Of a stretch of 64,000 nt of DNA, positions 20,001 to 29,693 are shown in pieces (within the stretch, counting starts at the first letter, position 1; each line of letters opens with the position of its first letter). Under the pieces are notes generated by a model. That model ran no database searches, was not told where the DNA came from, and saw only the letters and a list, made by a program, of their open reading frames with translations. The DNA is taken from positions 98,717 to 162,716 of the forward strand of contig JBEKOJ010000001.1 in NCBI GenBank assembly GCA_049521895.1, in the 5' to 3' direction. Made by a program: the position numbers and the translations under genes. The stretch is from Candidatus Saccharimonadales bacterium. GTDB taxonomy: Bacteria > Patescibacteriota > Saccharimonadia > Saccharimonadales > UBA10212.

Positions 20001-20210
20001 CACTGCGGCTTTATTGGTAAAAGCCAGGCACAAGATGTTACTTGGCGGTGTGTCGGTGGTGTTTAAGATATGTGCCACGCGCGTGCTCAGCAACTGGGTT
20101 TTACCTGTGCCGGGGCCGGCAATAACCAAAACCGGGCCATCAATTTGTTCAACGGCTTGGCGCTGCTCAGCATTGAGCAGTTTGAATGATCTCTCGAACT
20201 CTTTACTCAC
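17010..20210 (-). CDS. UvrD/PcrA-type SF1 helicase fused to C-terminal PD-(D/E)xK (AddA/AddB-like) nuclease domain
   Basis: Walker A AGPGTGKTQ, motif II MIDEFQDTN, TVHKAKGLEFDHVYI, and a C-terminal GKLDRVD...IIDYKTG nuclease motif. Confidence 0.85.
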   Translation of the reverse strand: MSKEFERSFKLLNAEQRQAVEQIDGPVLVIAGPGTGKTQLLSTRVAHILNTTDTPPSNILCLAFTNKAAVNMKERIILLAGQAGSRVNASTFHSFAADVMNIYPDYFWNAAKLSVATESTQMDIIESIVSELPLNNPLALKFAGQYTLLNDIQRSIQLSKEAGLTADKLRALIEVNMAYIDEIESPLVEILSQKLSPKNLDSLLRKIEALPRQDIDQYVYPLTSLSTVINESLINAINDDSASNRTTNTSRWKSRWVQTIDGRKGMFAERNKNTWWLNLADVYEQYRERLHQRGYYDYADMLVEVLAQLEQNSEILADVQERFNYVMIDEFQDTNPAQMRLAHLVADHYSAEGNPNLMAVGDDDQSIFKFNGAEMNNMLGFRRAYPKAKIILLTKNYRSSQAILDTAQKIIEQAETRLVNRDKTLTKRLLAAAPPEDKGEILATVYSSRELQLSEIAQSIKRNHRPDKSIAILARGHESLIKMAGLLQQLKVPVRYEQQANILDHEIVNQVYLIAKLLLAIQAGERDVTNSIIHQIIRWQAWGIDPKELWKLAAGNYPNKDWLDSLISSHSKGLKAIGDWFIWLARQTDNQPLAVTIEQIIGLRTSNQYTSPIREYFMNDAADNTNVYFHGLSAIQLLRALTHEFSTANEPSLKELVRFIEINKDNSRIVPDESPFITGPHAVQLLTVHKAKGLEFDHVYIIDATEDNWQPRKDRRRPPANLPLQPVGDDFDDYIRLMYVATTRARSSLTLTAYSQDHSGKDIATSSIILNALPVKKIKETNRQELVTILEENLRWPQLRGGQEKAMLKARLETYNLNVTHLLNFMDLTKGGPQYFKERNLLNLPEIKSASLSYGTAIHAAMDGAQKLANRQNFSFKQIVDIFKTTLLTEQLPNVQYQRYLTQGQRTLSRLFKDFKYRLPKGSYSEQKFKDIIVGRARISGKLDRVDSLDGKTRIIDYKTGRPLVSFDTRDRSRALKAYKHKLQLIFYALLLGGKSDAVEGQMVYVEAENEKNLIRSYIPTNEDMKRLRLLIEAVWPMIINLELPDVSAYTQDIAGIKAFEQDLLK

Positions 20211-20280
20211 CCCTATATTATCGCACGTCCGTTCGGTGGATTTGTCGAGTAAATGCGACCATTTGTCAGTCTTATGCTAG

Positions 20281-20763
20281 CTAGCGCTTACGTTCTAAAA
20301 CCACAAATTCATAGGCGTACGGATTTTTGTCATCTGATGGGTGTTTTTCAGACGAGATTTTCCGCCACTGCGTCGGATTATATTTGAAATATTTATCACC
20401 GGCTATGTCAGCATCTACCTTGGTCAGAAAAATGCGCTGGACTTCAGATAAAGCTTGCTCGTATATGCTTTGACCGCCGATAATATAACTGTCTTTCCCT
20501 TGGGCGGCGTCGATGGCCTTTTGCAATGAATTAACCACCATGCATCCTTCAGCCAAGTAATTTTTATCGTGAGTGATAACAATATTCTGCCGTCCCGGCA
20601 GCACCCGTCCAATAGATTCATGGGTTTTGCGCCCCATGATTATTGGGTGCCCTAGGGTAACCCGCTTAAAATGAGCCAGATCTGCCGGTAAATACCAGGG
20701 TATACCGCCCTCCTTGCCGATAACCCCCTTGTTGTCTACAGCTACAATCGCCGACAGCACCAT
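20281..20763 (-). CDS. folA: dihydrofolate reductase
   Basis: IVAVDNKGVIGKEGGIPWYLPADLAHFKRVTLGHPIIMGRKTHESIG. Confidence 0.9.
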   Translation of the reverse strand: MVLSAIVAVDNKGVIGKEGGIPWYLPADLAHFKRVTLGHPIIMGRKTHESIGRVLPGRQNIVITHDKNYLAEGCMVVNSLQKAIDAAQGKDSYIIGGQSIYEQALSEVQRIFLTKVDADIAGDKYFKYNPTQWRKISSEKHPSDDKNPYAYEFVVLERKR

Positions 20764-20773
20764 AGGTTGGATC

Positions 20774-21691
20774 CTAAACGGCTATCGGCGCCCAAATAGC
20801 TGGGTGAGGATTATAGCCGATCAGCTCGAAGTCATCTATTTTGAAATCAGAGATATTTTTGACCTTAGGATTAATCTTCATTTTGGGCAACGGCCGTGGA
20901 GCACGCGACAGCTGTAGGTCAACCTGCTCTAAATGATTCAGATACAAATGCGTGTCTCCAAAAGTATGCACAAAATCGCCAGGTTTCAGGCCTGTGACTT
21001 GGGCGATTATCATGGTTAGCAGAGAGTAGCTGGCAATGTTGAATGGCACGCCCAGGAAGGTATCAGCACTGCGCTGGTACATCTGGCAACTGAGCTTTCC
21101 GTTGGCGACATAAAACTGGAACAGCAAATGGCACGGTGGAATGCCAGCCTTTGCCATTTCGTCAATATCAGCGACATTCCAGGCCGAGACTATCATCCGG
21201 CGCGAGTTAGGGTTAGTTTTTATAGTCTCGATAACATTCTTTATCTGGTCGATATGTTTACCCCCCGGTGTTGGCCAATTACGCCATTGGTAGCCGTAGA
21301 CCGGTCCCAGCTCCCCCCATTTCTTAGCGAATGTTGCGTTGGTTTTTACTTTCTCTGTAAATTCCTTAATGCCATCCTTCCACTGTTCGCTGCCAGAATC
21401 GGGAACTACTTTGCACTGCTCCATCAGATAGTGGCGGTAGGGCCACTCGTCCCAAATATGGACGTCGTTATCAACCAGATACTTGATATTGGTTGATCCT
21501 TGTAAAAACCAAATCAACTCATGGATGATGCCGCGCATAAACAGTTTTTTGGTAGTCACGGCTGGAAAACCTTTGGAAAGGTCAAAGCGCAGCTGACGGC
21601 CAAACACTGTAAGCTGGTCAATGCCTGTACGATTGGCCTTTTTGACGCCGTTTTTCTTTATATCCTCAAGCAACTCCAGATACTGCTTCAT
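20774..21691 (-). CDS. thyA: thymidylate synthase (ThyA)
   Basis: [15 protein letters not shown]-like [19 protein letters not shown] and [13 protein letters not shown] motifs. Confidence 0.95.
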   Translation of the reverse strand: MKQYLELLEDIKKNGVKKANRTGIDQLTVFGRQLRFDLSKGFPAVTTKKLFMRGIIHELIWFLQGSTNIKYLVDNDVHIWDEWPYRHYLMEQCKVVPDSGSEQWKDGIKEFTEKVKTNATFAKKWGELGPVYGYQWRNWPTPGGKHIDQIKNVIETIKTNPNSRRMIVSAWNVADIDEMAKAGIPPCHLLFQFYVANGKLSCQMYQRSADTFLGVPFNIASYSLLTMIIAQVTGLKPGDFVHTFGDTHLYLNHLEQVDLQLSRAPRPLPKMKINPKVKNISDFKIDDFELIGYNPHPAIWAPIAV

Positions 21692-21791
21692 GGTTCTATA
21701 ATACCAGCCGCGGGCAACCTATGTGATATTGCGCTTAGACTTTTTATAGACTATGCTGAGAAACATAAGTCATTAAGGAGGGTTCAGACGA

Positions 21792-22307
21792 ATGGATACG
21801 CTCAACAAACTTGAAAATTGGCTGGCCAGTGTTTATAAGGGTACGCCCAAGCTCCGCAGCGAATCCAAAAAATCGATTGTTAACTTATGGCCGGTTGTGG
21901 CTTTGGTACTGGGCGCCCTACAGCTGATTGCTGCCTATGAGTTATGGCACTGGGGGCACCGCGTCAATCAGGTGGCAAATCTAGTAAATTCTATTACCCA
22001 GTATTACGGAGGCAGCAACCTTGGCGTGCACCTAAATGCCTTTTATTGGGCTAGCTTGGTGGCCGTATTGATCGATGGCGTGATTCTACTGGCGGCTTAT
22101 TCCGGTCTTAAGAAGCGCCAAAAATCCGGCTGGAACCTGCTGTTTTACGGAACTTTACTTAACCTTGTGTACGGTGTATTCTCGGCCTTCAATAATTACG
22201 GCGGAGTCGGCTCCTTGATCCTGCAGATCATAGTCAGCGCCATCGTATTTTATTTCCTGTTCCAGATTCGCGATCAGTACACTGGCGCCAAACCCCAGTC
22301 TGCTTAA
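21792..22307 (+). CDS. membrane protein (4 TM)
   Basis: Hydrophobic helices only. No family recognised. Confidence 0.55.
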   Translation: MDTLNKLENWLASVYKGTPKLRSESKKSIVNLWPVVALVLGALQLIAAYELWHWGHRVNQVANLVNSITQYYGGSNLGVHLNAFYWASLVAVLIDGVILLAAYSGLKKRQKSGWNLLFYGTLLNLVYGVFSAFNNYGGVGSLILQIIVSAIVFYFLFQIRDQYTGAKPQSA

Positions 22308-22356
22308 AAAGCTTACGCTTGCACTGCTGCCCCTTGAGCCGTTAAGCTTAAGGGCG

Positions 22357-24012
22357 ATGGATGATTTTTTACGTGTCTTGAGAGAAAAAGCCTTTGAAGG
22401 TGATATTGACAGCACCGAAGAAGCCCGCCAAGCCTATAGTCATGACGCTTCCTTGTTCGAGCTTGTACCGCAGCTGGTCGTTTATCCTAAGAACCAGCAA
22501 GATCTACAGCGCTTGGTAGAGTCTGTCAGCCAGTGCCGTGAGAAATTGCCCGGTCTGTCGCTCACCGCCCGCGGTGCTGCCACTGATATGTCCGGCGGCG
22601 CCATCAACGATTCTGTATTAGTCGATTTTGGGCGTTACTTTACCAATATTACAGAAGTGGCAGACCAATCGGCGCATGTCCAACCGGGAGTACTTTACCG
22701 CGATTTAGAAAAACAGACGCTAGCCCACAATAATGCCTTGCTACCCAGTTTTCCAGCTAGCCGCGAGTTGGCCTCTGTCGGTGGCATGGTGGCCAATAAC
22801 GCCGGTGGTGAAAAAAGCCTGGAGTTTGGCAAAACCGAGAATTTTGTCACCGAGCTCAGCGTGGTACTAGTCGATGGCAAAGCCTACGCTCTCAAAGCTC
22901 TAACTAAGGCCGAATTGGACGTCAAGCGTAAACAGGCCAATTTTGAAGGCGAGATTTATCGCGAAATGTTTAACCTGCTGGACAGTAACTACGATGAAAT
23001 TAAACTGGCTAAGCCACAGGTTAGTAAAAACTCTACCGGCTACAACTTGTGGGACGTCTGGAACCGCACTAGCGGCACTTTTGACCTGACTAAGCTATTT
23101 GTAGGCTCACAAGGTACGTTGGGACTGGTCAGCGACATCCGCTTCCGCCTTATCCACGACAAGCCGCATTCAGGCGTACTGGTGGTGTTCATGAAAAGTC
23201 TGGATCAACTGGGCGAGATTATCAATGCGGTGGCAGCCACCCATCCGGCCAGCTTTGAGGCCTTTGATAACTACACACTAGAACTGTCCATCAAGTTCTT
23301 TCCTTACTTTCGCAAAACTTTAGGCTGGGGCGGCCTGTTCAAGTTGGGCTTACAGCTACTACCGGACGCCTTCCTGCTCTTCCGTGGTATCCCCAAGATG
23401 GTACTTTTAGTGGAATATACCGGTGAGACCCCCGAAGAAGTCAAAGCCAAAGTTCATGCCATGCACAAAGGCTTAGAAGCATTCAAACTGGAAGCTATGG
23501 AAGAAGACTCAACCGAGGCCAAAGCCTGGAAATTCCGTATCATGCGCCGCGAAAGCTTCAATCTGCTTAGAAAGAAAGTCAAAGATAAGCACACCGCACC
23601 GTTTATAGACGACTTGGTAGTTCCGCCGGCTCACTTGGTAGAATTTTTACCGCAACTTAGGGCCATCATCAAAAAATACAACCTGATGGCCACCATCGCC
23701 GGTCATATGGGCGATGGTAATTTCCACGTCATTCCGCTGATGAAGATTGAGGAGCCATCCGAGCGGGCCAAGCTGGAGCCGGCGATGAAAGAAGTCAATG
23801 ACCTGGTGCTTAGCTACAAAGGTTCACTTTCCGGCGAGCACAACGACGGTATGATCCGCGGTCCGTGGCTGGAGGCTATGTACGGCAAATCGGTGTTTGA
23901 TTTATTCATCCGGACGAAAGGGATTTTTGATCCAAACAATATTTTTAATCCGCACAAAAAGACCGATGCCACCTGGGACTTCAGCATGTCCCATATTCGT
24001 GAGAAGTTTTAG
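22357..24012 (+). CDS. FAD-linked oxidase (GlcD / D-lactate dehydrogenase-like)
   Basis: FAD-binding PCMH-type region (ARGAATDMSGGAIN, GGMVANNAGGEKS) and C-terminal GSLSGEHNDGMIRG. Confidence 0.75.
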   Translation: MDDFLRVLREKAFEGDIDSTEEARQAYSHDASLFELVPQLVVYPKNQQDLQRLVESVSQCREKLPGLSLTARGAATDMSGGAINDSVLVDFGRYFTNITEVADQSAHVQPGVLYRDLEKQTLAHNNALLPSFPASRELASVGGMVANNAGGEKSLEFGKTENFVTELSVVLVDGKAYALKALTKAELDVKRKQANFEGEIYREMFNLLDSNYDEIKLAKPQVSKNSTGYNLWDVWNRTSGTFDLTKLFVGSQGTLGLVSDIRFRLIHDKPHSGVLVVFMKSLDQLGEIINAVAATHPASFEAFDNYTLELSIKFFPYFRKTLGWGGLFKLGLQLLPDAFLLFRGIPKMVLLVEYTGETPEEVKAKVHAMHKGLEAFKLEAMEEDSTEAKAWKFRIMRRESFNLLRKKVKDKHTAPFIDDLVVPPAHLVEFLPQLRAIIKKYNLMATIAGHMGDGNFHVIPLMKIEEPSERAKLEPAMKEVNDLVLSYKGSLSGEHNDGMIRGPWLEAMYGKSVFDLFIRTKGIFDPNNIFNPHKKTDATWDFSMSHIREKF

Positions 24013-24014
24013 AG

Positions 24015-24554
24015 TTATTTCAAAAAGGGCAAGGATCTTGCTAGAGAAGTTTTATTCCAACGGGAGCGGCAACCCCAGACCTGGCTGTCGTCAACCAAAG
24101 CTATGCCAAAAAGCGCCAAGGCGTAAATTATGTGCTCGTCTACCCCTGGGGCGTCGGCCGGCCATAGTAGCGCGCTCCACATCAAAAGCAACATCACAAT
24201 TCCGACTAAGGCAGCAAACCTAACGTATATTCCAAACAACAAGCCCACGCCTACGACCAGCAGGCCTAACATAAACAGCCAGTCAACCAGCGCGTGGCCA
24301 GCCAGGTGATGGTAAAAGCCAGCAAACGGTCCTGTTGTGGCATGACCTAAAAAGCCGGCGGTTGGCGAGCCGCCGTGTATCCAAGCCTGGGAGCAACCGA
24401 CGTGAATGGCGCCGCTAACGCTATTTTTACAAGTGGAAAAGCCCAACCCGAAAAGTTTGTCAAAAAATGCCCATAAAAAGATGTAGCCTAGAACCATTCT
24501 AAGTAGTGCCCAGGCATACATACTGGCATTTACCGTGTGTTTTGTTATTGCCAT
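24015..24554 (-). CDS. DoxX-family membrane protein
   Basis: Four TM helices and the typical LRMVLGYIFLWAFFDKLFG start. Confidence 0.6.
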   Translation of the reverse strand: MAITKHTVNASMYAWALLRMVLGYIFLWAFFDKLFGLGFSTCKNSVSGAIHVGCSQAWIHGGSPTAGFLGHATTGPFAGFYHHLAGHALVDWLFMLGLLVVGVGLLFGIYVRFAALVGIVMLLLMWSALLWPADAPGVDEHIIYALALFGIALVDDSQVWGCRSRWNKTSLARSLPFLK

Positions 24555-24919
24555 TATTCTCCCCTCCTTAATTGCTTACCCCGTAGTGAGCTTTCGAGAT
24601 TATTCGCTTGGCGAATATTTAATCTGCTTTGCAGATAGACTCGAAAGTCTACTACAAGGCTTATGCTTGCATGGTAGAGCTTTTTACAACTGTTTGCAAG
24701 TGCGGACAGTAACCTGGGCCAACCATCCACACCTTTTGGCTGGCGGCTTGACTCTCGCCTAGGCGTTTGGCGCCCAAGTTTTTACTTCTACATTTTTGAT
24801 TACTATAGCCGTGCTGTTGTCTTTTCTGGCGCTGGTGGACATCTGTTCCTAGAACTGTTCGGCGACTATTCTCAAAATGTCTAAGGTTTCTCTAAGTATT
24901 ACGGGTTTAAACTGGCAAC

Positions 24920-26362
24920 ATGAACACATTTACCCGGGGTGTCCGCAACGCTTTCAGAAACCAGGTCCGCACCTTTTCCATCGTTGTCATACTAGGGCTT
25001 AGCATAGGCTTGGCCTTAGCTATGTTGCTGGCCCACCAAGCGGTAGAGCAAAAAATTACTTCGGTCAAAAGCTCTGTTGGTAACACCATCACCATCGCGC
25101 CGGCCGGCTTCAGCGCCTTTTCTCAGGCCAATAACGCTTTGACTACCAACAGTTTGAGCAAAGTCGGTTCGCTGGCGCACGTCACCAAGCTTACTGAGAC
25201 TTTGACTGACCGGCTGACGACTATCGGTTCGGCGCAACCTTCGTTCAGTTTCGGCAGCAACTCCACTTCCAGTAACAGTAATAATCAAACCAGCCTTACC
25301 TCTCCGGTGACTCTTAACTCCGGTAGCAGCGGATCGGCTGGCGGTGCCGGTCCTCGTCTTTTTGTCAGCGGCGGCGGTTCTCTGCCGAGCAATTTTAGTC
25401 CGCCGATTACCATACTCGGCACCAACGATCCGACTGCTGTAGAAGGCAACGCCATCACCATCAGCAGCGGTAAGACAATCAGCGGCAGCAACGATACAAA
25501 CAACGCCCTAGTCAGCACCAACATGGCCAGTAAGAATAGCCTCAAGGTCGGCTCGACCTTTAGTGCTTATGGCACTAATTTGACTGTGGCTGGAATTTTT
25601 AAAGCCAGCACCGAGGGCGCCAATAACGATATCGTAGTGTCGCTGCCGACTGAGCAGCGCCTGAGCGGCCAAAGCGGCGACGTCACTAACGCTGTCGCGA
25701 CCGTCGATTCCCTGGATAATTTATCAGCGACGACCACGGCCGTAAAAAACTTGCTTGGTTCGAGCGCCGATGTCGAAAGCGCCCAGGACCAGGCGAACGC
25801 CACGGTCCAGCCGCTGCAGAGTATAAAAAGTGTTTCGCTCTACAGCTTGATAGGCGCGGTAATTGCCGGTGCGGTGATAATCCTACTGACGATGATTATG
25901 ATAGTGCGCGAGCGCCGCCGTGAGATTGGAGTTATCAAGGCCATCGGCTCCAGCAACCTCAAGGTCGTACTGCAGTTCATGACCGAAGCTGTGACGCTTA
26001 CTGTACTGGGCACCGTCATCGGCATCGTCTTGGGAGTCGTGGCGGCCGATCCGATTACCCGTACGTTAGTAAATAATAGTACCAGCAGTTCGACATCGGT
26101 TCCGGCTGGCGCCGTCCTCCAAACGGGTGGTGGACAAGCCATCCAGCGTTTTGCTGGTGCCGGTGGCAGCACCAACTTCGTGACCCGCGGCCGTGGCTTA
26201 GGCGTATTTCGCTCTAACATATCTAATATCCATGCCGCCGTCGGCTGGAGTATCATTCTCTATGGTCTGGCGGCAGCCATCGCTATCGCCATACTGGGCA
26301 GCGTGGTGGCTTCGTGGTTTATTGCCAAAGTCAGACCGGCGGAAGTAATGAGGGCCGAATGA
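24920..26362 (+). CDS. ABC transporter permease, MacB/FtsX-like
   Basis: N-terminal TM helix, a large S/T/N-rich extracytoplasmic domain, and a C-terminal FtsX-type TM bundle (IGVIKAIGSSN...). Confidence 0.7.
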   Translation: MNTFTRGVRNAFRNQVRTFSIVVILGLSIGLALAMLLAHQAVEQKITSVKSSVGNTITIAPAGFSAFSQANNALTTNSLSKVGSLAHVTKLTETLTDRLTTIGSAQPSFSFGSNSTSSNSNNQTSLTSPVTLNSGSSGSAGGAGPRLFVSGGGSLPSNFSPPITILGTNDPTAVEGNAITISSGKTISGSNDTNNALVSTNMASKNSLKVGSTFSAYGTNLTVAGIFKASTEGANNDIVVSLPTEQRLSGQSGDVTNAVATVDSLDNLSATTTAVKNLLGSSADVESAQDQANATVQPLQSIKSVSLYSLIGAVIAGAVIILLTMIMIVRERRREIGVIKAIGSSNLKVVLQFMTEAVTLTVLGTVIGIVLGVVAADPITRTLVNNSTSSSTSVPAGAVLQTGGGQAIQRFAGAGGSTNFVTRGRGLGVFRSNISNIHAAVGWSIILYGLAAAIAIAILGSVVASWFIAKVRPAEVMRAE

Positions 26363-26555
26363 CGCACCCCGCAACGCACTTTGACCAAGCCGGGCAAAGC
26401 CCGCCTTTGCCCAAAGTGCTCTTGGCGCATTGCTGCGTTGCCGACTCCAGTGCTCCTTCAATGTATTTTAATACGCCTCAGTCCGCGCTTCGTTGGCGCC
26501 TTGCACAGCATCCAAGTGCGGGGGCGTCAAGAAGAGTTAAAAGGGAGAAATTGCT

Positions 26556-27230
26556 ATGTTAAGAGTTAGGAACTTATCTAAGATGTTCAAATCAGGCGAT
26601 ACGCTTGTTAAAGCGGTCGATAACATATCATTTGAGGTGCCAGACGGCCAATTTGTTTCTGTCGTCGGTCGCTCTGGCAGCGGCAAAAGTACTCTGCTTT
26701 CCTTGCTGGGCGCTCTGGATAAGCCTACAACTGGCACTGTCGAAGTTGACAGCCAAGATATAGCCAAGCTACGCGACCACGCTCTGACTGGTTACCGTTG
26801 CAAAAAAATTGGCTTTGTCTTCCAGAACTATAACCTGGTTCCAAATCTCACGGCAGCCGAGAACGTCATGCTGCCTATGGAGTTTGCTGGTATTAGTAAA
26901 AATGAACGCCGGCAGCGAGCCAAAAAATTACTAGACCAAGTCGGCATAACTGATGACAAGCAACTTCGTAAGCCCGGCCGGCTATCCGGCGGCGAGCAAC
27001 AGCGTGTAGCCATTGCCAGGGCGTTGGCCAATAAACCCAACCTCATCCTGGCTGACGAACCCACCGGTAACCTAGACAGCCAAAATGGTAAGATGATCTT
27101 TGACTTGCTGCACAGCCTGGTTAAAAGCGAGAGCACTACTATTGTAGTGGCTACGCATGATCTGTCGATTGCCGGTAGAACTGACAAGACGTTTCAGCTG
27201 CAAGACGGCAAATTAGCGGCTGCCAAATAA
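26556..27230 (+). CDS. ABC transporter ATP-binding protein (MacB/LolD-like)
   Basis: Walker A GRSGSGKST, signature LSGGEQQRVAIARAL, Walker B LILADEPTGNLD. Confidence 0.9.
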   Translation: MLRVRNLSKMFKSGDTLVKAVDNISFEVPDGQFVSVVGRSGSGKSTLLSLLGALDKPTTGTVEVDSQDIAKLRDHALTGYRCKKIGFVFQNYNLVPNLTAAENVMLPMEFAGISKNERRQRAKKLLDQVGITDDKQLRKPGRLSGGEQQRVAIARALANKPNLILADEPTGNLDSQNGKMIFDLLHSLVKSESTTIVVATHDLSIAGRTDKTFQLQDGKLAAAK

Positions 27231-27235
27231 CTTCG

Positions 27236-27715
27236 ATGGACAAGTCAAAAAGCGCCAGTAATTTGATATATAAATTCTTTTTGGGCTTTGTGGCTCTGAT
27301 AGTACTATGCGGCCTAAGCTTTTACGGCGGCATCCACTATCAAAAGGGTAAACAAGGCGCAACCACCTCCGCCCCAGCAGGCACCTCGAGTACTCAAAAC
27401 GGTTTCGCTGGCGGTTTTGGTGGTCGTTTTGGTGGCCAGCGGCCAAATATTGGCCGCGTAACAGCGATTTCATCCACTAGCATTACCATCCAAGACACCT
27501 TTGACAACGCCAGCAAGACCTTTAGCATAGATAGCTCTACCCAAGTTACCAACGGCGGTCAAAGCGCCTCGCTAAGCGATATCCAAACTGGCGACAACGT
27601 ACTTATCCGCACCAGCAGTTCGACATCAACTACCGCCAGCCAGATTTTGATTAACCCAAACTTCGGTTCTGGCAACGGCGGATCCTTTAATAGCGGTGTC
27701 CCCGGCTCGACTTAA
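27236..27715 (+). CDS. secreted/anchored protein, DUF5666-like
   Basis: TM anchor, a Gly-rich linker, then ITIQD...STQVTNGG...GDNVLIR pattern. Confidence 0.5.
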   Translation: MDKSKSASNLIYKFFLGFVALIVLCGLSFYGGIHYQKGKQGATTSAPAGTSSTQNGFAGGFGGRFGGQRPNIGRVTAISSTSITIQDTFDNASKTFSIDSSTQVTNGGQSASLSDIQTGDNVLIRTSSSTSTTASQILINPNFGSGNGGSFNSGVPGST

Positions 27716-27932
27716 GCCGATTTTTCAGGAATATCACCATTCGGTCTTAGCCTGGTAAAATAATCGGGTTTACAAACATCAAGTACCCAGACCACCAGCC
27801 AGATACCGATGATTATCATTTGTATCTCCTGAATCAAGCCTGAGGTGCGAATGCTGAAAGACCGCGGGGTTGGTCAACAGCGCTAAACTCGCTGACCGAA
27901 CCATTGGCCGTTATAATACCATATAGAAATAT

Positions 27933-29636
27933 ATGAAACAGCCCTTTCCCAATCCGCTCGGGTCCGTAGAAGATTCGTGGAAACTGAACGCAGTAGCTAT
28001 CTTGGTAGCACTTAGCGGTATCATTACCATCAGCAGCTTGCTATTTGCATTACTACACATTGGGCATACGCATATCGTTAGTGCCGACGCCCATCTGACA
28101 GCTCTAGCAGGTTTGAGTCTGATCTATCTGGCTACTTTGCTCAACCGCGGCAAATACACTGCCTGGCTGGTGTCCTTGCCGATTTATATCTATCTGGTGC
28201 TGCGCAACGTGCAGCACTTTATTTTTGATATGCCCCACGGCGTGCATTTTCTGCCGGCAATCTTAAACCTGCTAGTCCCAATAGCTACCCTGCTGCTACT
28301 GCTTTACAGCCGCCAGCTGTTCACTGTACGCAGCGAGATGCGCAGCTTTACTACGGCGCTCAGACTGTCTTTGATTATCCTGCTAGTGGCCTTCGTATAC
28401 GGCGTGGTGGGCTTCTCGCTGATGGATGAGCATGATTTTCACCAGGAGATAGCTCCGCTTACAGCCGCACACTATACAGTTGACCAATTTGACCTGACGA
28501 CTAATAAGCAAACCGTCGCCTACACCAAGCGGGCGCGTATATTCGTGGATTCCCTGGCGGTCATTAGTGTTGGCGCCGTCTTTTATAGTGTCTTGGCGCT
28601 ATTTTCACCGATCCGTTTCCGGTTGAGCAATCACCGTCAGGACTACGAGGATATCCGTCGCCTGCTGGCACGGTATGCCACCACCTCCGAGGATTTCTTT
28701 AAGCTTTGGCCGCCGGATAAAGCCTACTATTTTAATGGTTTGCGCTCCGCCGCCATCACTTACAAGGCGGCGCATGGCGTGGCGCTGATGGTGGGTGATC
28801 CGCTTGGACCCAAAGACGAACTTGGGGATCTACTTAGCCAATTTATAGGTTTTTGCCGCATTAACGACTGGCAGCCGGCGTTTATTCACACCGAGGAAAC
28901 CAACCTGAAGCTTTACGAGGATTTGGGTTTTGAGGCGCAAAAAATCGGTGAAGAAGCCATTATCAGCACTGATAATTTTGTTGATAAGGTGGCCATCACC
29001 AAAGACTTCCGGCACATTAAAAACAAGTTTGAAAAATCAGGGTTTATTTGCGAGGCGCTAGAACCGCCGCACGCCGAGCAGACGCTACGCCGTCTGCAGG
29101 CTATATCTAACGACTGGCTAAGGAGCCCGGGACGGGCCGAGCGGGGTTTTATGCTGGGTTACTTCAGCACTGGCTATCTGCAGCAATGCAAAATCATGGT
29201 GGCAAAAGACAGCAAGGGCGAAATCCAAGCCTTTATCAACCAGGTTCCCAGCCCTACGCCCCGTGAAGCGAATTTTGATTTTTTGCGCCACAGCTACGGC
29301 AGTCCGGGCAATATCAATGACTATTTGATGCTTAACTTCATAAGTTCCCTGCGTGCCCAGGGTATCCCCAGGCTCAACATGGGCTTATCAGCACTATCCG
29401 GTTTGGAAACAGCCGATGATAGCGCTAGCCACCTGCTGAACGGCTTTTTAAACTTCGCCTATGCCAACGGTAACCGGTTTTTTTCCTTCCAGGGGCTAAA
29501 GCGCTTTAAAGCCAAATACGAACCAGACTGGGAAAGCCGCTATATAGTCTACCGTGGCGGCCTGCGCGGCTTTACCAAGACATTAAATTCATTGATGTTC
29601 GCCATGCGTGTACGCTTGCCACGCCGCCCGCGCTAA
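27933..29636 (+). CDS. MprF-like protein (membrane domain + lysyl-phosphatidylglycerol synthase C-terminal domain, DUF2156)
   Basis: Multi-TM N-terminus and a C-terminal region (SEDFFKLWPPDKAYYF ... RFKAKYEPDWESRYIVY) typical of the LPG_synthase_C domain. Confidence 0.7.
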   Translation: MKQPFPNPLGSVEDSWKLNAVAILVALSGIITISSLLFALLHIGHTHIVSADAHLTALAGLSLIYLATLLNRGKYTAWLVSLPIYIYLVLRNVQHFIFDMPHGVHFLPAILNLLVPIATLLLLLYSRQLFTVRSEMRSFTTALRLSLIILLVAFVYGVVGFSLMDEHDFHQEIAPLTAAHYTVDQFDLTTNKQTVAYTKRARIFVDSLAVISVGAVFYSVLALFSPIRFRLSNHRQDYEDIRRLLARYATTSEDFFKLWPPDKAYYFNGLRSAAITYKAAHGVALMVGDPLGPKDELGDLLSQFIGFCRINDWQPAFIHTEETNLKLYEDLGFEAQKIGEEAIISTDNFVDKVAITKDFRHIKNKFEKSGFICEALEPPHAEQTLRRLQAISNDWLRSPGRAERGFMLGYFSTGYLQQCKIMVAKDSKGEIQAFINQVPSPTPREANFDFLRHSYGSPGNINDYLMLNFISSLRAQGIPRLNMGLSALSGLETADDSASHLLNGFLNFAYANGNRFFSFQGLKRFKAKYEPDWESRYIVYRGGLRGFTKTLNSLMFAMRVRLPRRPR

Positions 29637-29637
29637 A

Positions 29638-29658
29638 ATACTTAACATTGTTAAGTAT
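29638..29658. terminator. bidirectional hairpin between convergent mprF-like and metK genes (member of ATACTTAAC palindrome family)
   Basis: ATACTTAAC-ATT-GTTAAGTAT, flanked by A-run and T-run (AAAA...CTTTT). Confidence 0.6.
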
Positions 29659-29693
29659 CTTTTACTCAAACAAGCCTGGCTAGATATTTCGCT

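Noticed and set aside
27712-27819. A 35-codon minus-strand ORF (MIIIGIWLVVWVLDV...) with a GGAG RBS between the DUF5666-like gene and the mprF-like gene.
   Set aside because: It is plausible as a small membrane peptide. It is too short to support from sequence alone, and its end overlaps the stop of the convergent gene. It is left unannotated.
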